A DNA stretch of 64,000 nucleotides, taken from a bacterium. GTDB taxonomy: Bacteria; UBA8248; JACPRG01; G963555815. How positions within the stretch are numbered: the stretch's first letter is position 1; each line of letters begins with the position of its first letter. This document shows positions 1 to 9,078 of this stretch, piece after piece. Where the stretch lies: NCBI GenBank assembly GCA_963555815.3, contig CAUVWX020000002.1, positions 1-64,000 on the forward strand, in the 5' to 3' direction. Below the pieces are notes generated by a model that was not told the DNA's origin, ran no database searches, and worked only from the letters and a program-made list of their open reading frames with translations. A program made the translations under genes and the position numbers.

Positions 1-103
1 TCGTGTGATGGTGGAGCCCGATCAGCTTTGGTCTGTGGTCGCGATGCCGGTTCAAAGTGACATTACGCTGTTCATCGATTGTCTTCACACCAACATTTTC
101 CAA
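1..103 (-). CDS. Possible 5' end of a hypothetical protein running off the left edge (MENVGVKTIDEQRNV...)
   Basis: On the minus strand AAGGAG (115-110) lies 6 nt before TTG at 103; the frame is open to the edge. No homology recognised. Confidence 0.3.
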   Translation of the reverse strand, partial: MENVGVKTIDEQRNVTLNRHRDHRPKLIGLHHHT

Positions 104-130
104 CGTTGTCTCCTTGTAGGGTCGGATCAG

Positions 131-457
131 CTATGCCCCGACACTGAGCCTGCCCTGCCGTTGTGAACGGGGCTCTCGAATGACGATTTCCACGTCACGC
201 CCAAGTGCCGTCAATAGGCGCATGAGGCGCTCCATGGAAAACTCCTCAAAGCTGCCCCGGAGCAAGCGGGAAACATCGGGTTGGGACAACCCGAGCAGTT
301 TCGCCGCCTCGACCTGTTTGAGGCCGCGCTGGCGAATGATCGTGTCGACTCGAGTGACCAGTTCCGCCTTTAGCAGGTGGGCTTCGGCGTCCGGGAGTCC
401 TAGATCCGCGAACACGTTGCCGCTACCACGTTCGATCTTGGTTTTGTCTGTCTTCAT
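131..457 (-). CDS. XRE/HTH antitoxin (HigA-like), 108 aa
   Basis: C-terminal part of track ORF 131..1411, starting MKTDKTKIERGSGNVFADLGLPDAE, with HTH GLKQVEAAKLLGLSQPDVSRLLRG. Its ATG overlaps the toxin stop (ATGA at 457-454). Confidence 0.9.
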   Translation of the reverse strand: MKTDKTKIERGSGNVFADLGLPDAEAHLLKAELVTRVDTIIRQRGLKQVEAAKLLGLSQPDVSRLLRGSFEEFSMERLMRLLTALGRDVEIVIREPRSQRQGRLSVGA

Positions 458-831
458 TGTCCTACCCCTTTGCCATAGGTCTCGGTGTAGTGTTGCTCCG
501 CTGCCTTCAACCTGCGCTTGACCAGATCGATCTCCTGCTTCGGTGTCGCTGTGCCCTGCTTGGCCTTCTTCTGGAAGGCGTGCAGGACATAGACGGCGGC
601 CTTGAACCGGACCGTGTAGACCGCCCGGTAGGTGTCGCCGTCGTAACGCGAGACAACCTCCAGGATGTTGGCGCCCAACCCCCTGAGCGGCTTGGCGTCG
701 CGGTGCTTGAGCCCGACCTGGGCCTGATACAGCGCAAAGCCGACCACACCCCGCACGGCGGCCGGGAACATCTTCAGGTCCGCTTTGCTGGAGCCGATCC
801 ACTCGACAGGCTTGGCAACGTCCGTGTCCAT
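454..831 (-). CDS. RelE/ParE-superfamily toxin (HigB/Gp49-like), toxin-first TA pair
   Basis: KPVEWIGSSKADLKMFP...GDTYRAVYTVRFKAAVYVLHAFQKK...TPKQEIDLVKRRLK is typical of the family. ATG 831 chosen because TTG 837 overlaps the -10 box. Confidence 0.9.
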   Translation of the reverse strand: MDTDVAKPVEWIGSSKADLKMFPAAVRGVVGFALYQAQVGLKHRDAKPLRGLGANILEVVSRYDGDTYRAVYTVRFKAAVYVLHAFQKKAKQGTATPKQEIDLVKRRLKAAEQHYTETYGKGVGQ

Positions 832-836
832 GCCCA

Positions 837-865
837 ATTATAGTTGTTCCACTATATATGCGCAA
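837..865 (-). promoter_or_regulatory. Sigma70 promoter of the TA operon with overlapping palindromic operator
   Basis: TTGCGC (865-860), 17 bp, TATAAT (842-837); palindrome TATAGT-N6-ACTATA at 839-856. Confidence 0.75.
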
Positions 866-1009
866 GCCCAATCGTGACGGGAGGGGATCCGCGCGCTCCT
901 GTGAGCACATGCTCTGGTGACGCTTCCATTCGCCCCGACACCTTTCCCAGCGCGTCGGTAAGTAACTGCTGAGACCGCCATTGGGGGTGGTCCGAGCGGA
1001 GACCGGCGC

Positions 1010-1429
1010 ATGGACCTGAACACCTTCCAGCCCACGTTCCTCATTCAGATCGAGGGGCAGGCGCTGTCCACGGACATCACTGGCGAGATCACCTCGTTCG
1101 TCTTCGAGGACAACGAGGAGGAACTCGACGTGATGGAGCTGTCCGTCTCGAACCGCCATCTGCGGTTCGTCGACGATCCGCTCTTCCAAGAGGGCAACGA
1201 GATCGTCGCCCGCTTCAGCTACGTGAACGACCTCTCGCCGCGCAAGAAGGCGGTGATCAAGGACATCGACTACGACTTCCCGGAAAACGGCGATCCGCGC
1301 ATCCGGCTCAAGGCCTACGACAAAGGCTTTCAGCTGGCGGGCAAGGAGAACCAGAAGGTCTACCAGAAGCCCGACGCCGACACGCTGCGTCTGGTTCGTC
1401 TCGGGTCCCATTCAGAACTGGGGCTTTGA
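1010..1429 (+). pseudogene. Truncated phage late control D / contractile tail hub-like gene (N-terminal fragment)
   Basis: PTFLIQIEGQALSTDITGEITSFVFEDNEEELDVMELSVSN...IRLKAYDKGFQL resembles GpD-family N-termini. Only 139 aa, with regular GC3-rich codon use breaking down near 1375. Confidence 0.6.
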
Positions 1430-1689
1430 CTTCCGGGGCAGCCCACTTGCATCGCTTCACTGCCTCAATCAGTTGAGAGGGAAGGTGGGTTCTGGGGGTA
1501 TGAGGGAGGCTGAGCACACCGAATGCGGGTCCGGAGGACAGCGGGTCATTCCCACGGAATATCCGACAAGAGAACGGGCAGATTCTGCTGGCCGCCGCCG
1601 GTCTTGCCGTCCGCGTCGCGGTATCTTGCCAAGCCGCGACCCGGCCTGGAAGACGTCGGTTCTCGTTCGCTGGGTTTTACCTCGAAGAT

Positions 1690-1839
1690 TTCCCTGTTTT
1701 GGCCGCTGAGATTCCCTGTTCGACCCGAACAATTCCCTGTTCCGCAACGTAGGGAAATCGCCGGACTTGCCTCGTGATACCAGCGAGTTAGAAAGCCGGT
1801 CCCCACAATTCGAGCACGAATCTGCAAAAATTCCCTGTT
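1690..1839 (+). repeat. Four direct copies of TTCCCTGTT plus a partial inverted copy
   Basis: Copies at 1690-1698, 1712-1720, 1733-1741 and 1831-1839; AGGGAA at 1751-1756. Confidence 0.85.
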
Positions 1840-1863
1840 CTCTTCCTGGAAGAACGCCAGAGA

Positions 1864-1913
1864 CGAGTTCGCTGGAGACTGCCCCCACCGCCATTAAGTC
1901 TTCTGCGAACCCG
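1864..1913. mobile_element. Putative recombination (att-like) site / integrative element boundary
   Basis: Imperfect 17-bp inverted arms (1864-1880 and 1897-1913, 14/17 complementary) around a 16-bp core containing CACCGCCA, which resembles a tRNA 3' end. Confidence 0.5.
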
Positions 1914-2122
1914 CTCTTTCTGAGCGGTGGCTGATAACCCACCGTGTTTTAAACCGTTACCCGCTAATCGCGAATTCTCTGGCCTTTTTGCAGGACCGGC
2001 ATCCTGCCATCCGGCGCAAGATTACGCCTCGCCTCTCTGCTCCGAATTCAAGTGGTTCGCTTCGGCGCATCGGGTTTTTGCGGAGCGTGGGCGCGGATGC
2101 TGGGGAGAAGGTCACGCAAAGC

Positions 2123-2151
2123 TTGACATCCGTGCGACGGGAACGTATATA
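2123..2151 (+). promoter_or_regulatory. Sigma70 promoter for rhlE
   Basis: TTGACA (2123-2128), 17 bp, TATATA (2146-2151). Confidence 0.7.
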
Positions 2152-2336
2152 TAGCCAAACATTTCTCGCGATCGCGCGACGTGCTTCCGGGTAGTCAGAA
2201 GCGCCTCATCCCGAGACAATTCCAATAAAACCCTGCCTTTTCCAGAATGCGCGTGGAAGGAGGCGAAAAGCCAAGATGCGTCCGCGCGCCCGAATCGGGT
2301 GAGCGCCGCCTGGCGTAAGTTAAGGACACCCATTTC

Positions 2337-3572
<1,236 letters not shown>

Positions 3573-3619
3573 GCGCCCGCGCGTCTGTCCGGAATGAGAC
3601 TTCGGCCCTGAGGCGTTTC

Positions 3620-5407
3620 ATGGAAATTCGCAATATCGCGATCATCGCCCATGTTGACCACGGCAAGACCACGCTCACCGATGTCTTGATGCGCCAGACC
3701 GGTGTGGCCGAAGAGAGCGTCTCGATGGATTCAAACGCGCTCGAAATTGAGCGTGGGATCACGATCTATTCGAAGAACGCGGCCATCTTTTATCGGGGAA
3801 CCAAGATCAATATCTTGGATACGCCCGGGCATGCGGATTTCGGCTCGGAGGTCGAGCGGGTATTGTGCTCCATTGATTCGGTACTCCTGGTGGTGGATGC
3901 CCAGGAGGGTCCGATGCCGCAGACGCGCTTTGTCCTGAAGAAATCGCTCGAGCTGGGCCTGCGGCCTATCGTGGTGATCAATAAGATTGACAAGCCGGCG
4001 GCCGATCCCGCGCGGACCGAGGAACAGGTTCTGGAGCTCTTTCTCGATCTCGGTGCGGACGACGCGCAGATGGATTTTCCGGTTGTGTACACCATCGGAC
4101 GCGAGGGCATCGCCAAGCTGAAGCTCACGGACGAGTCGAAGGATCTCACACCGCTTCTGGAAACCATTCTCACCCATGTGCCGCCCGCTTCCGCGGCTTC
4201 CACCGAGGTGCCCTTGCGCCTCCAGCCATTCAACCTGGGCTATGACAACTTCCTGGGCCGGCTCGCGGTGGCGCGTATATACGAAGGCGCCTGCCGGTTG
4301 AATGAAAGAGTTTTTGTCAAAACACCGAGCGGCGGCAGCCGGCCGGGAAAGATCAGCAAGCTCTTTACGTTCAAGGGATTGCGGAAGGTGGAAGCCGAGA
4401 GCGGGAGCGCGGGTGACATTGTCATGGTCGCCGGTTTGCCCGATATCGAGATCGGCGAGACGGTCACCACGAGTGCCGAAGCCGCGCTTTTACAGGCGAT
4501 CGCGGTTGATGAGCCGACCATCGTTCTCAATTTCCTGGTGAATGACTCGCCCCTGGTCGGCCGGGAAGGAAAGTATGTCACTTCGCGTCAGCTCCGGGAG
4601 CGCCTGTTGCGCGAGCTTGAGGTGAATGTGGGTTTGCGCGTGGAGTTCGGCTCGGCGGACACCTTCACGGTTTTCGGGCGCGGCGAATTGCACATCGCCA
4701 TCCTGCTCGAAAACATGCGCCGTGAGGGACATGAATTACAGGTTTCCCAGCCGCGGGTCATCGTTCGCGAAGAGGACGGCGTGAAGCTCGAACCGTTTGA
4801 AGAGGTGGTCGTGGATACACCGAATAAGCACCAAGGCGTGGTTATCGAGCGCCTCGGCATGCGTGGTTTCACTTTGACGAACATGCGATTGGCCGGCGAG
4901 GCAATACACATGGAATTTGAAGGCCCGACCCGGGGCCTGTTGGGTTACCGCAACCAATTCGTGATTGATACCGCAGGTCAAGGCATCCTCTCCGCACGTG
5001 TTGTCGGCTTCCGCCCGCATGCCGGGAAAATCCGCAGACGCACCGTGGGCTCGATGGTTTCCCTGGCGACCGGCAAGGCGGTCGGCTATGCGCTCTGGAA
5101 TTTGCAGAAGCGGGGCGTCCTTTACATCGGTCCGAACACAGAGGTGTACGAGGGTATGGTGATTGGCAACACCGCAAAAGACGAGGAAATGGTGGTCAAT
5201 CCGATCAAGGGCAAGCAGCTGACCAACATGCGCGCTTCTGGTTCGGACGAAGCGATTGATCTCGTCCCGCCCTATGAGCTCACCATCGAGCGCGGGCTCG
5301 AGGTAATGTCCGGCGATGAATATCTGGAAATCACCCCCAAGAGCGCGCGTTTGCGCAAGCAGCATCTCAGCGGATCGGAGCGCACCAAAGCCCGCCGACG
5401 GAAATAA
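3620..5407 (+). CDS. typA: Translational GTPase TypA/BipA
   Basis: [56 protein letters not shown]. Confidence 0.95.
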   Translation: MEIRNIAIIAHVDHGKTTLTDVLMRQTGVAEESVSMDSNALEIERGITIYSKNAAIFYRGTKINILDTPGHADFGSEVERVLCSIDSVLLVVDAQEGPMPQTRFVLKKSLELGLRPIVVINKIDKPAADPARTEEQVLELFLDLGADDAQMDFPVVYTIGREGIAKLKLTDESKDLTPLLETILTHVPPASAASTEVPLRLQPFNLGYDNFLGRLAVARIYEGACRLNERVFVKTPSGGSRPGKISKLFTFKGLRKVEAESGSAGDIVMVAGLPDIEIGETVTTSAEAALLQAIAVDEPTIVLNFLVNDSPLVGREGKYVTSRQLRERLLRELEVNVGLRVEFGSADTFTVFGRGELHIAILLENMRREGHELQVSQPRVIVREEDGVKLEPFEEVVVDTPNKHQGVVIERLGMRGFTLTNMRLAGEAIHMEFEGPTRGLLGYRNQFVIDTAGQGILSARVVGFRPHAGKIRRRTVGSMVSLATGKAVGYALWNLQKRGVLYIGPNTEVYEGMVIGNTAKDEEMVVNPIKGKQLTNMRASGSDEAIDLVPPYELTIERGLEVMSGDEYLEITPKSARLRKQHLSGSERTKARRRK

Positions 5408-5845
5408 GCGAAGGTCTTCTCTCCCGCTAGGGGTTCTAGAATTAGGCGAGACGAGTGATTGTCTGCCATATTCCTATTTCCCTATATTTTCTCAGTTTCA
5501 GTGGGAATCTCACGATCCTTCTCGCTTGGAATCGTGGTTTGTGATATCTCACGGGATTACCTTCTATTTTCCGGCCAGCGCCCCTTGCGATCTGTTGGCC
5601 GATGGGCAAAATTGGTGATAAGCTAGTGAATACGGTGGGTGTCCTGGTCACTTTGAACCCTCCTGAACGCGACATGGGAAATTGAAAGGCTGGATTGGTC
5701 GTGACTTTGTTGTTCCGATGAGTCACCTGCGAGCCTCCGGTTCGCTGTTTGCGAGTTCTGAGTACACGAGAGAAGGTTGCTTGTGACTTTAACCACCGCC
5801 ATGGCCTTATCAGGAAAGGTTCTCATTGAGGCGCCGGTTGTCAGT

Positions 5846-5935
5846 GGAGAGGTGACCGAGAGGCCGAAGGTGCACGACTGGAAATCGTGTAGCTGGGAAA
5901 CCGGCTCGAGGGTTCGAATCCCTCTCTCTCCGCCA
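5846..5935 (+). tRNA. tRNA-Ser (anticodon GGA)
   Basis: Acceptor GGAGAGG/TCTCTCC-G-CCA, anticodon arm CACGA-CT-GGA-AA-TCGTG, long variable arm, T-loop GGTTCGAATCC; 90 nt. Confidence 0.97.
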
Positions 5936-5943
5936 TGAGGGGT

Positions 5944-6230
5944 TGGGTTGGGCCGTGCTAGGCGGGGTGGTGGCGGTACCCTGTTACCCGAAATTCCGCT
6001 ATATGCGGGGCTGAATGCCCTTCAGCGGCTGTGGCCTGCCTAATGGTTCGCTTGGCATCGGGGGTGTTGAAGGTTGGGTCTTGTGCGACGGGAATTTGTG
6101 AACCCCGCCAGGTCCGGAAGGAAGCAACGGTAAGCAAACCCCCCGTGCGCCGCAAGGGTGCCTGACTGGAGCCTACCAATGCCTTGCACCTGGGAGGGGC
6201 CCAGTCCATGAGGGATGCACGACCCACCCA
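5944..6230 (+). ncRNA. ffs: Signal recognition particle RNA, large (Alu-domain) bacterial type
   Basis: Helix 8 signature CAGGTCCGGAAGGAAGCAAC; 5' GCCGTGCTAGGCGGGG...GGCGGTACCCTGT as in Bacillus scRNA; the 5' end pairs with GCACGACCCACCCA (6217-6230); usual position before dnaX. Confidence 0.93.
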
Positions 6231-6273
6231 TTTTATCCTCCTCTTTCTGCACGGGCTGTAACGCGGAGCCGTC

Positions 6274-8007
6274 ATGGACCACCTCGTCAGCGCCCGAAAG
6301 TACCGCCCGCGAGTGTTCTCTGACCTCCTTGGCCAGGACCACGTCCGAAAGACTCTCCAAAATGCCCTTCGGAGTGGAAAGGTGGCCCACGCCTATCTAT
6401 TCTCGGGCCCCCGGGGTGTGGGGAAGACCACCGTTGCTCGCCTTCTGGCCAAGGCGGTGAACTGCGACGAGCGCGAAAAGGCGCTGAAAAAGGGGGCGTC
6501 AGAGTTCCCCTTAGAGCCCTGCAACGTCTGTCCCTCTTGTCTTGAGATCTTCGAAGGCCGGCACCCTGATGTCCTCGAGATCGACGGGGCCTCCAATCGC
6601 GGGATCGCCGACATTCGGGACCTGAGAGATCAGATGCTCTACGCCCCGGCCCGGGGCCGCTCCAAGATATACGTCATCGACGAGGTCCATATGCTGACCT
6701 CTGAGGCCTTCAACGCCCTCCTGAAGACGCTGGAGGAGCCTCCTCCCCGCGTCCTCTTCGTCTTTGCCACGACGGAGCCCCAAAAGATCCCCGCCACCAT
6801 CAGCTCCCGGTGCCAGGAGTTTGAGTTCCGCAGGCTGCCGGTTTCCCTCATCGCAGAACAGCTTGGACACATTGCCAAAGCAGAGGGGGCGGCGATCTCC
6901 CCCCAGGCGCTCCACCTCCTTGCCCGCTCGGCCGAGGGGAGCCTGAGGGACGCCCAGGGCCTCTTCGACCAGGTGGTGGCCTATGTCGGGGACCGGACTT
7001 CGAAGGGATCGAAGGAGGCCATCACACCCCTTGAAGAGGCCGAGGTGGCGGACCTCCTGGGCCTGGTGGGGCGGTTGGCCCTGAGGCAGGTGGCAGAGCG
7101 GATCATCTCCCAGGACGCGAAGGGCCTCCTCGAGTTTGTCCAGGAGGTCTTCATGGCCGGCCAGGACGTGAAGCAGCTCTGCCTCGCCCTCATGAACTAT
7201 TTCAGGGACCTGCTGGTCGCTCTTGTGGCCGAGGATTCGGCCCAGCTCGTCGACCTCACCCCCGAGGAGGCAAAAGAGCTCAAAGGGCTCGCCCAAAATA
7301 TGGGGCAAGAGAAACTGCAGCGATGTTTTCGCCTCCTCATGGAGACTGAGCGCGAGATCCGCTATGCAGCGAGCCCCCAGGTCATCCTGGAGATGGCCCT
7401 CCTCAAGATGACCTCCCTTCGTCCCCTGGTACCCGTCGCGGACATCCTTGCCAAGGTACGCTCCATAGAGGCGTCCCTGGGTCTTTCAGCTCCCGAGTCC
7501 CCGGCAAAGGACAACAACCTCGAAAAAAAGATCGAGAGTCCCCCTCCACCGAGTGTTGAACCGCCAAAGGTGGCTGAATCGCCTCCTTCGGATCTCCTTG
7601 GCTCCTCCAACGTTTCTTCCCAGCCCGTCGAGCCCCCTCCAAAGGAGGGCCTTTGGGAAAAGCTGATGCAGGAGGTGGAAGTGGTCAAGAAGCCTCTGGC
7701 CGGCTACCTCCACAATGCCCAGCTCGTGCACGCGGATGCAGGGGAGGTGGTCATCGAAGTCCCTGATGGGCGTAATAGCTACGATTACACCATGGTCATG
7801 GAACACAAGAGGAGTTTGGAGGTGGCGGTCCGCAAAGTCTTGGGAGAGCGAGTGAGGGTGAGGGTCCAGCCGGGCGGTCCCCAGGAGCCTCAGGGCGGAC
7901 AGGCGGCTGAACCACCACCTCCTCCTCAAAGGGACACCCGTCCCGTGGAGGCGGAGACCGAGATCCTTCGCGACGCGGAGGAGATCTTCGGGGCTTCGTC
8001 CGAATGA
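6274..8007 (+). CDS. dnaX: DNA polymerase III subunits gamma/tau
   Basis: ARKYRP, GPRGVGKTT, Zn cysteines CNVCPSC, EIDGASNRG, IDEVHML, SRC; Pro-rich linker and C-terminal domain. Confidence 0.97.
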   Translation: MDHLVSARKYRPRVFSDLLGQDHVRKTLQNALRSGKVAHAYLFSGPRGVGKTTVARLLAKAVNCDEREKALKKGASEFPLEPCNVCPSCLEIFEGRHPDVLEIDGASNRGIADIRDLRDQMLYAPARGRSKIYVIDEVHMLTSEAFNALLKTLEEPPPRVLFVFATTEPQKIPATISSRCQEFEFRRLPVSLIAEQLGHIAKAEGAAISPQALHLLARSAEGSLRDAQGLFDQVVAYVGDRTSKGSKEAITPLEEAEVADLLGLVGRLALRQVAERIISQDAKGLLEFVQEVFMAGQDVKQLCLALMNYFRDLLVALVAEDSAQLVDLTPEEAKELKGLAQNMGQEKLQRCFRLLMETEREIRYAASPQVILEMALLKMTSLRPLVPVADILAKVRSIEASLGLSAPESPAKDNNLEKKIESPPPPSVEPPKVAESPPSDLLGSSNVSSQPVEPPPKEGLWEKLMQEVEVVKKPLAGYLHNAQLVHADAGEVVIEVPDGRNSYDYTMVMEHKRSLEVAVRKVLGERVRVRVQPGGPQEPQGGQAAEPPPPPQRDTRPVEAETEILRDAEEIFGASSE

Positions 8008-8041
8008 CCCCTCCTGTTCTGGTTGCTGTGGAGATAGTGCC

Positions 8042-8359
8042 ATGATGCCAAAAGGGTTCGGTGGAATGTTGAAGCAGGCCCAAAAACTCCAGGCCGATCT
8101 CGCCCGCCTTCAGGAGGAGCTAGGGAACCGAACGGTCGAAGGCACGGCGGGAGGCGGGATGGTGAAGGCTCGGGCGACGGGAAAGCAGGAGATACTCTCT
8201 ATCGAGATCGAGAAAGAGGTGGTAGACCCTGAAGACCTAGAGATGCTTCAAGACCTTGTGACGGCCGCCGTGAATGAGGCCCTGAGGAAGGCCCGGGAAC
8301 TGGCGGCTGAGGAGATGGGGAAGCTGACCGGGGGGGTCGGCATCCCAGGATTACTCTAA
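8042..8359 (+). CDS. ybaB: YbaB/EbfC nucleoid-associated protein
   Basis: KQAQKLQ...GTAGGGMV...DLEMLQDLVTAAVNEA; dnaX-ybaB-recR synteny. Confidence 0.95.
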   Translation: MMPKGFGGMLKQAQKLQADLARLQEELGNRTVEGTAGGGMVKARATGKQEILSIEIEKEVVDPEDLEMLQDLVTAAVNEALRKARELAAEEMGKLTGGVGIPGLL

Positions 8360-8381
8360 AGGCTGCCAGGGAGCGAGCTTC

Positions 8382-8978
8382 GTGCAGGGATTTCCTTCCA
8401 TTTCGGCCCTTATTTCAGAGTTGAGGAGACTTCCGGGGATAGGTCCCAAGTCGGCCCAGCGCCTGGTCTTTCACCTGCTCAAATCCGAGCGGGGCGAGGT
8501 CGAGGCCCTGGCGGAAGCCCTTCGCGCCGTTAAAGATAAGATTCGTTTTTGCCGGCGCTGCCACGGCATTGCGGAGGGGGAGCTCTGTCGGTTTTGCGAG
8601 GACCCGGGCCGGGACTCGAAGATTCTCTGCGTCGTTGAGGAGCCGGGCGACATCTTCGCCATCGAGAAGACAGGGGGATTTCAGGGCCGCTATCACGTCC
8701 TGATGGGGGCCATCTCCCCCCTCGACGGGGTCGGACCCGATGACCTGACCATTGACGCCCTGGCGGACCGGGTGGAGTCTGAGGGGGTCGAGGAGATTAT
8801 CGTCGCGACGAACCCCAACATGGAGGGAGAGGCCACGGCCCTGTACCTCGCCCAGGTCCTGAAACCCAAGGGGGTTCGCCTCTCGCGGATCGCTCGGGGC
8901 CTCCCCGTGGGAGGGGCCCTGGAGTATGCCGACGAAGTGACACTCTCCCGCTCTTTGGAAGGACGAAGAGAGATCTAG
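8382..8978 (+). CDS. recR: Recombination mediator RecR
   Basis: HhH LPGIGPKSAQR, C4 Zn finger, Toprim ATNPNMEGEATA. Confidence 0.97.
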   Translation: MQGFPSISALISELRRLPGIGPKSAQRLVFHLLKSERGEVEALAEALRAVKDKIRFCRRCHGIAEGELCRFCEDPGRDSKILCVVEEPGDIFAIEKTGGFQGRYHVLMGAISPLDGVGPDDLTIDALADRVESEGVEEIIVATNPNMEGEATALYLAQVLKPKGVRLSRIARGLPVGGALEYADEVTLSRSLEGRREI

Positions 8979-9078
8979 ATAAGCCCCGGCCATCACCTAC
9001 GTCTTCTGTGCCCACCCGTTCTTCTTCGAGGTTTTTCGCCGAGCGATCATCTGACATTAGGGGGGAAGGATCTGGTGA

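Noticed and set aside
131..1411. 426-aa minus-strand ORF
   Set aside because: Only the last 108 aa are the antitoxin; the rest overlaps the toxin out of frame, crosses the promoter and is antisense to the phage-like fragment.
1690..1839. Possible CRISPR array
   Set aside because: Repeats are 9 bp with 12-13-bp gaps, far too short, and there are no cas genes.
1860..1893. Second tRNA gene
   Set aside because: Only GTTCG and CCGCCA resemble a tRNA; no cloverleaf can be formed.
1469..1942. 157-aa ORF with NRE/QG-like repeats
   Set aside because: The peptide repeats come from the non-coding AACAGGGAA DNA repeats and the att-like site; no coding signature.
5958..6390. Minus-strand ORFs over ffs and the dnaX start
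   Set aside because: They are antisense to the SRP RNA and dnaX.
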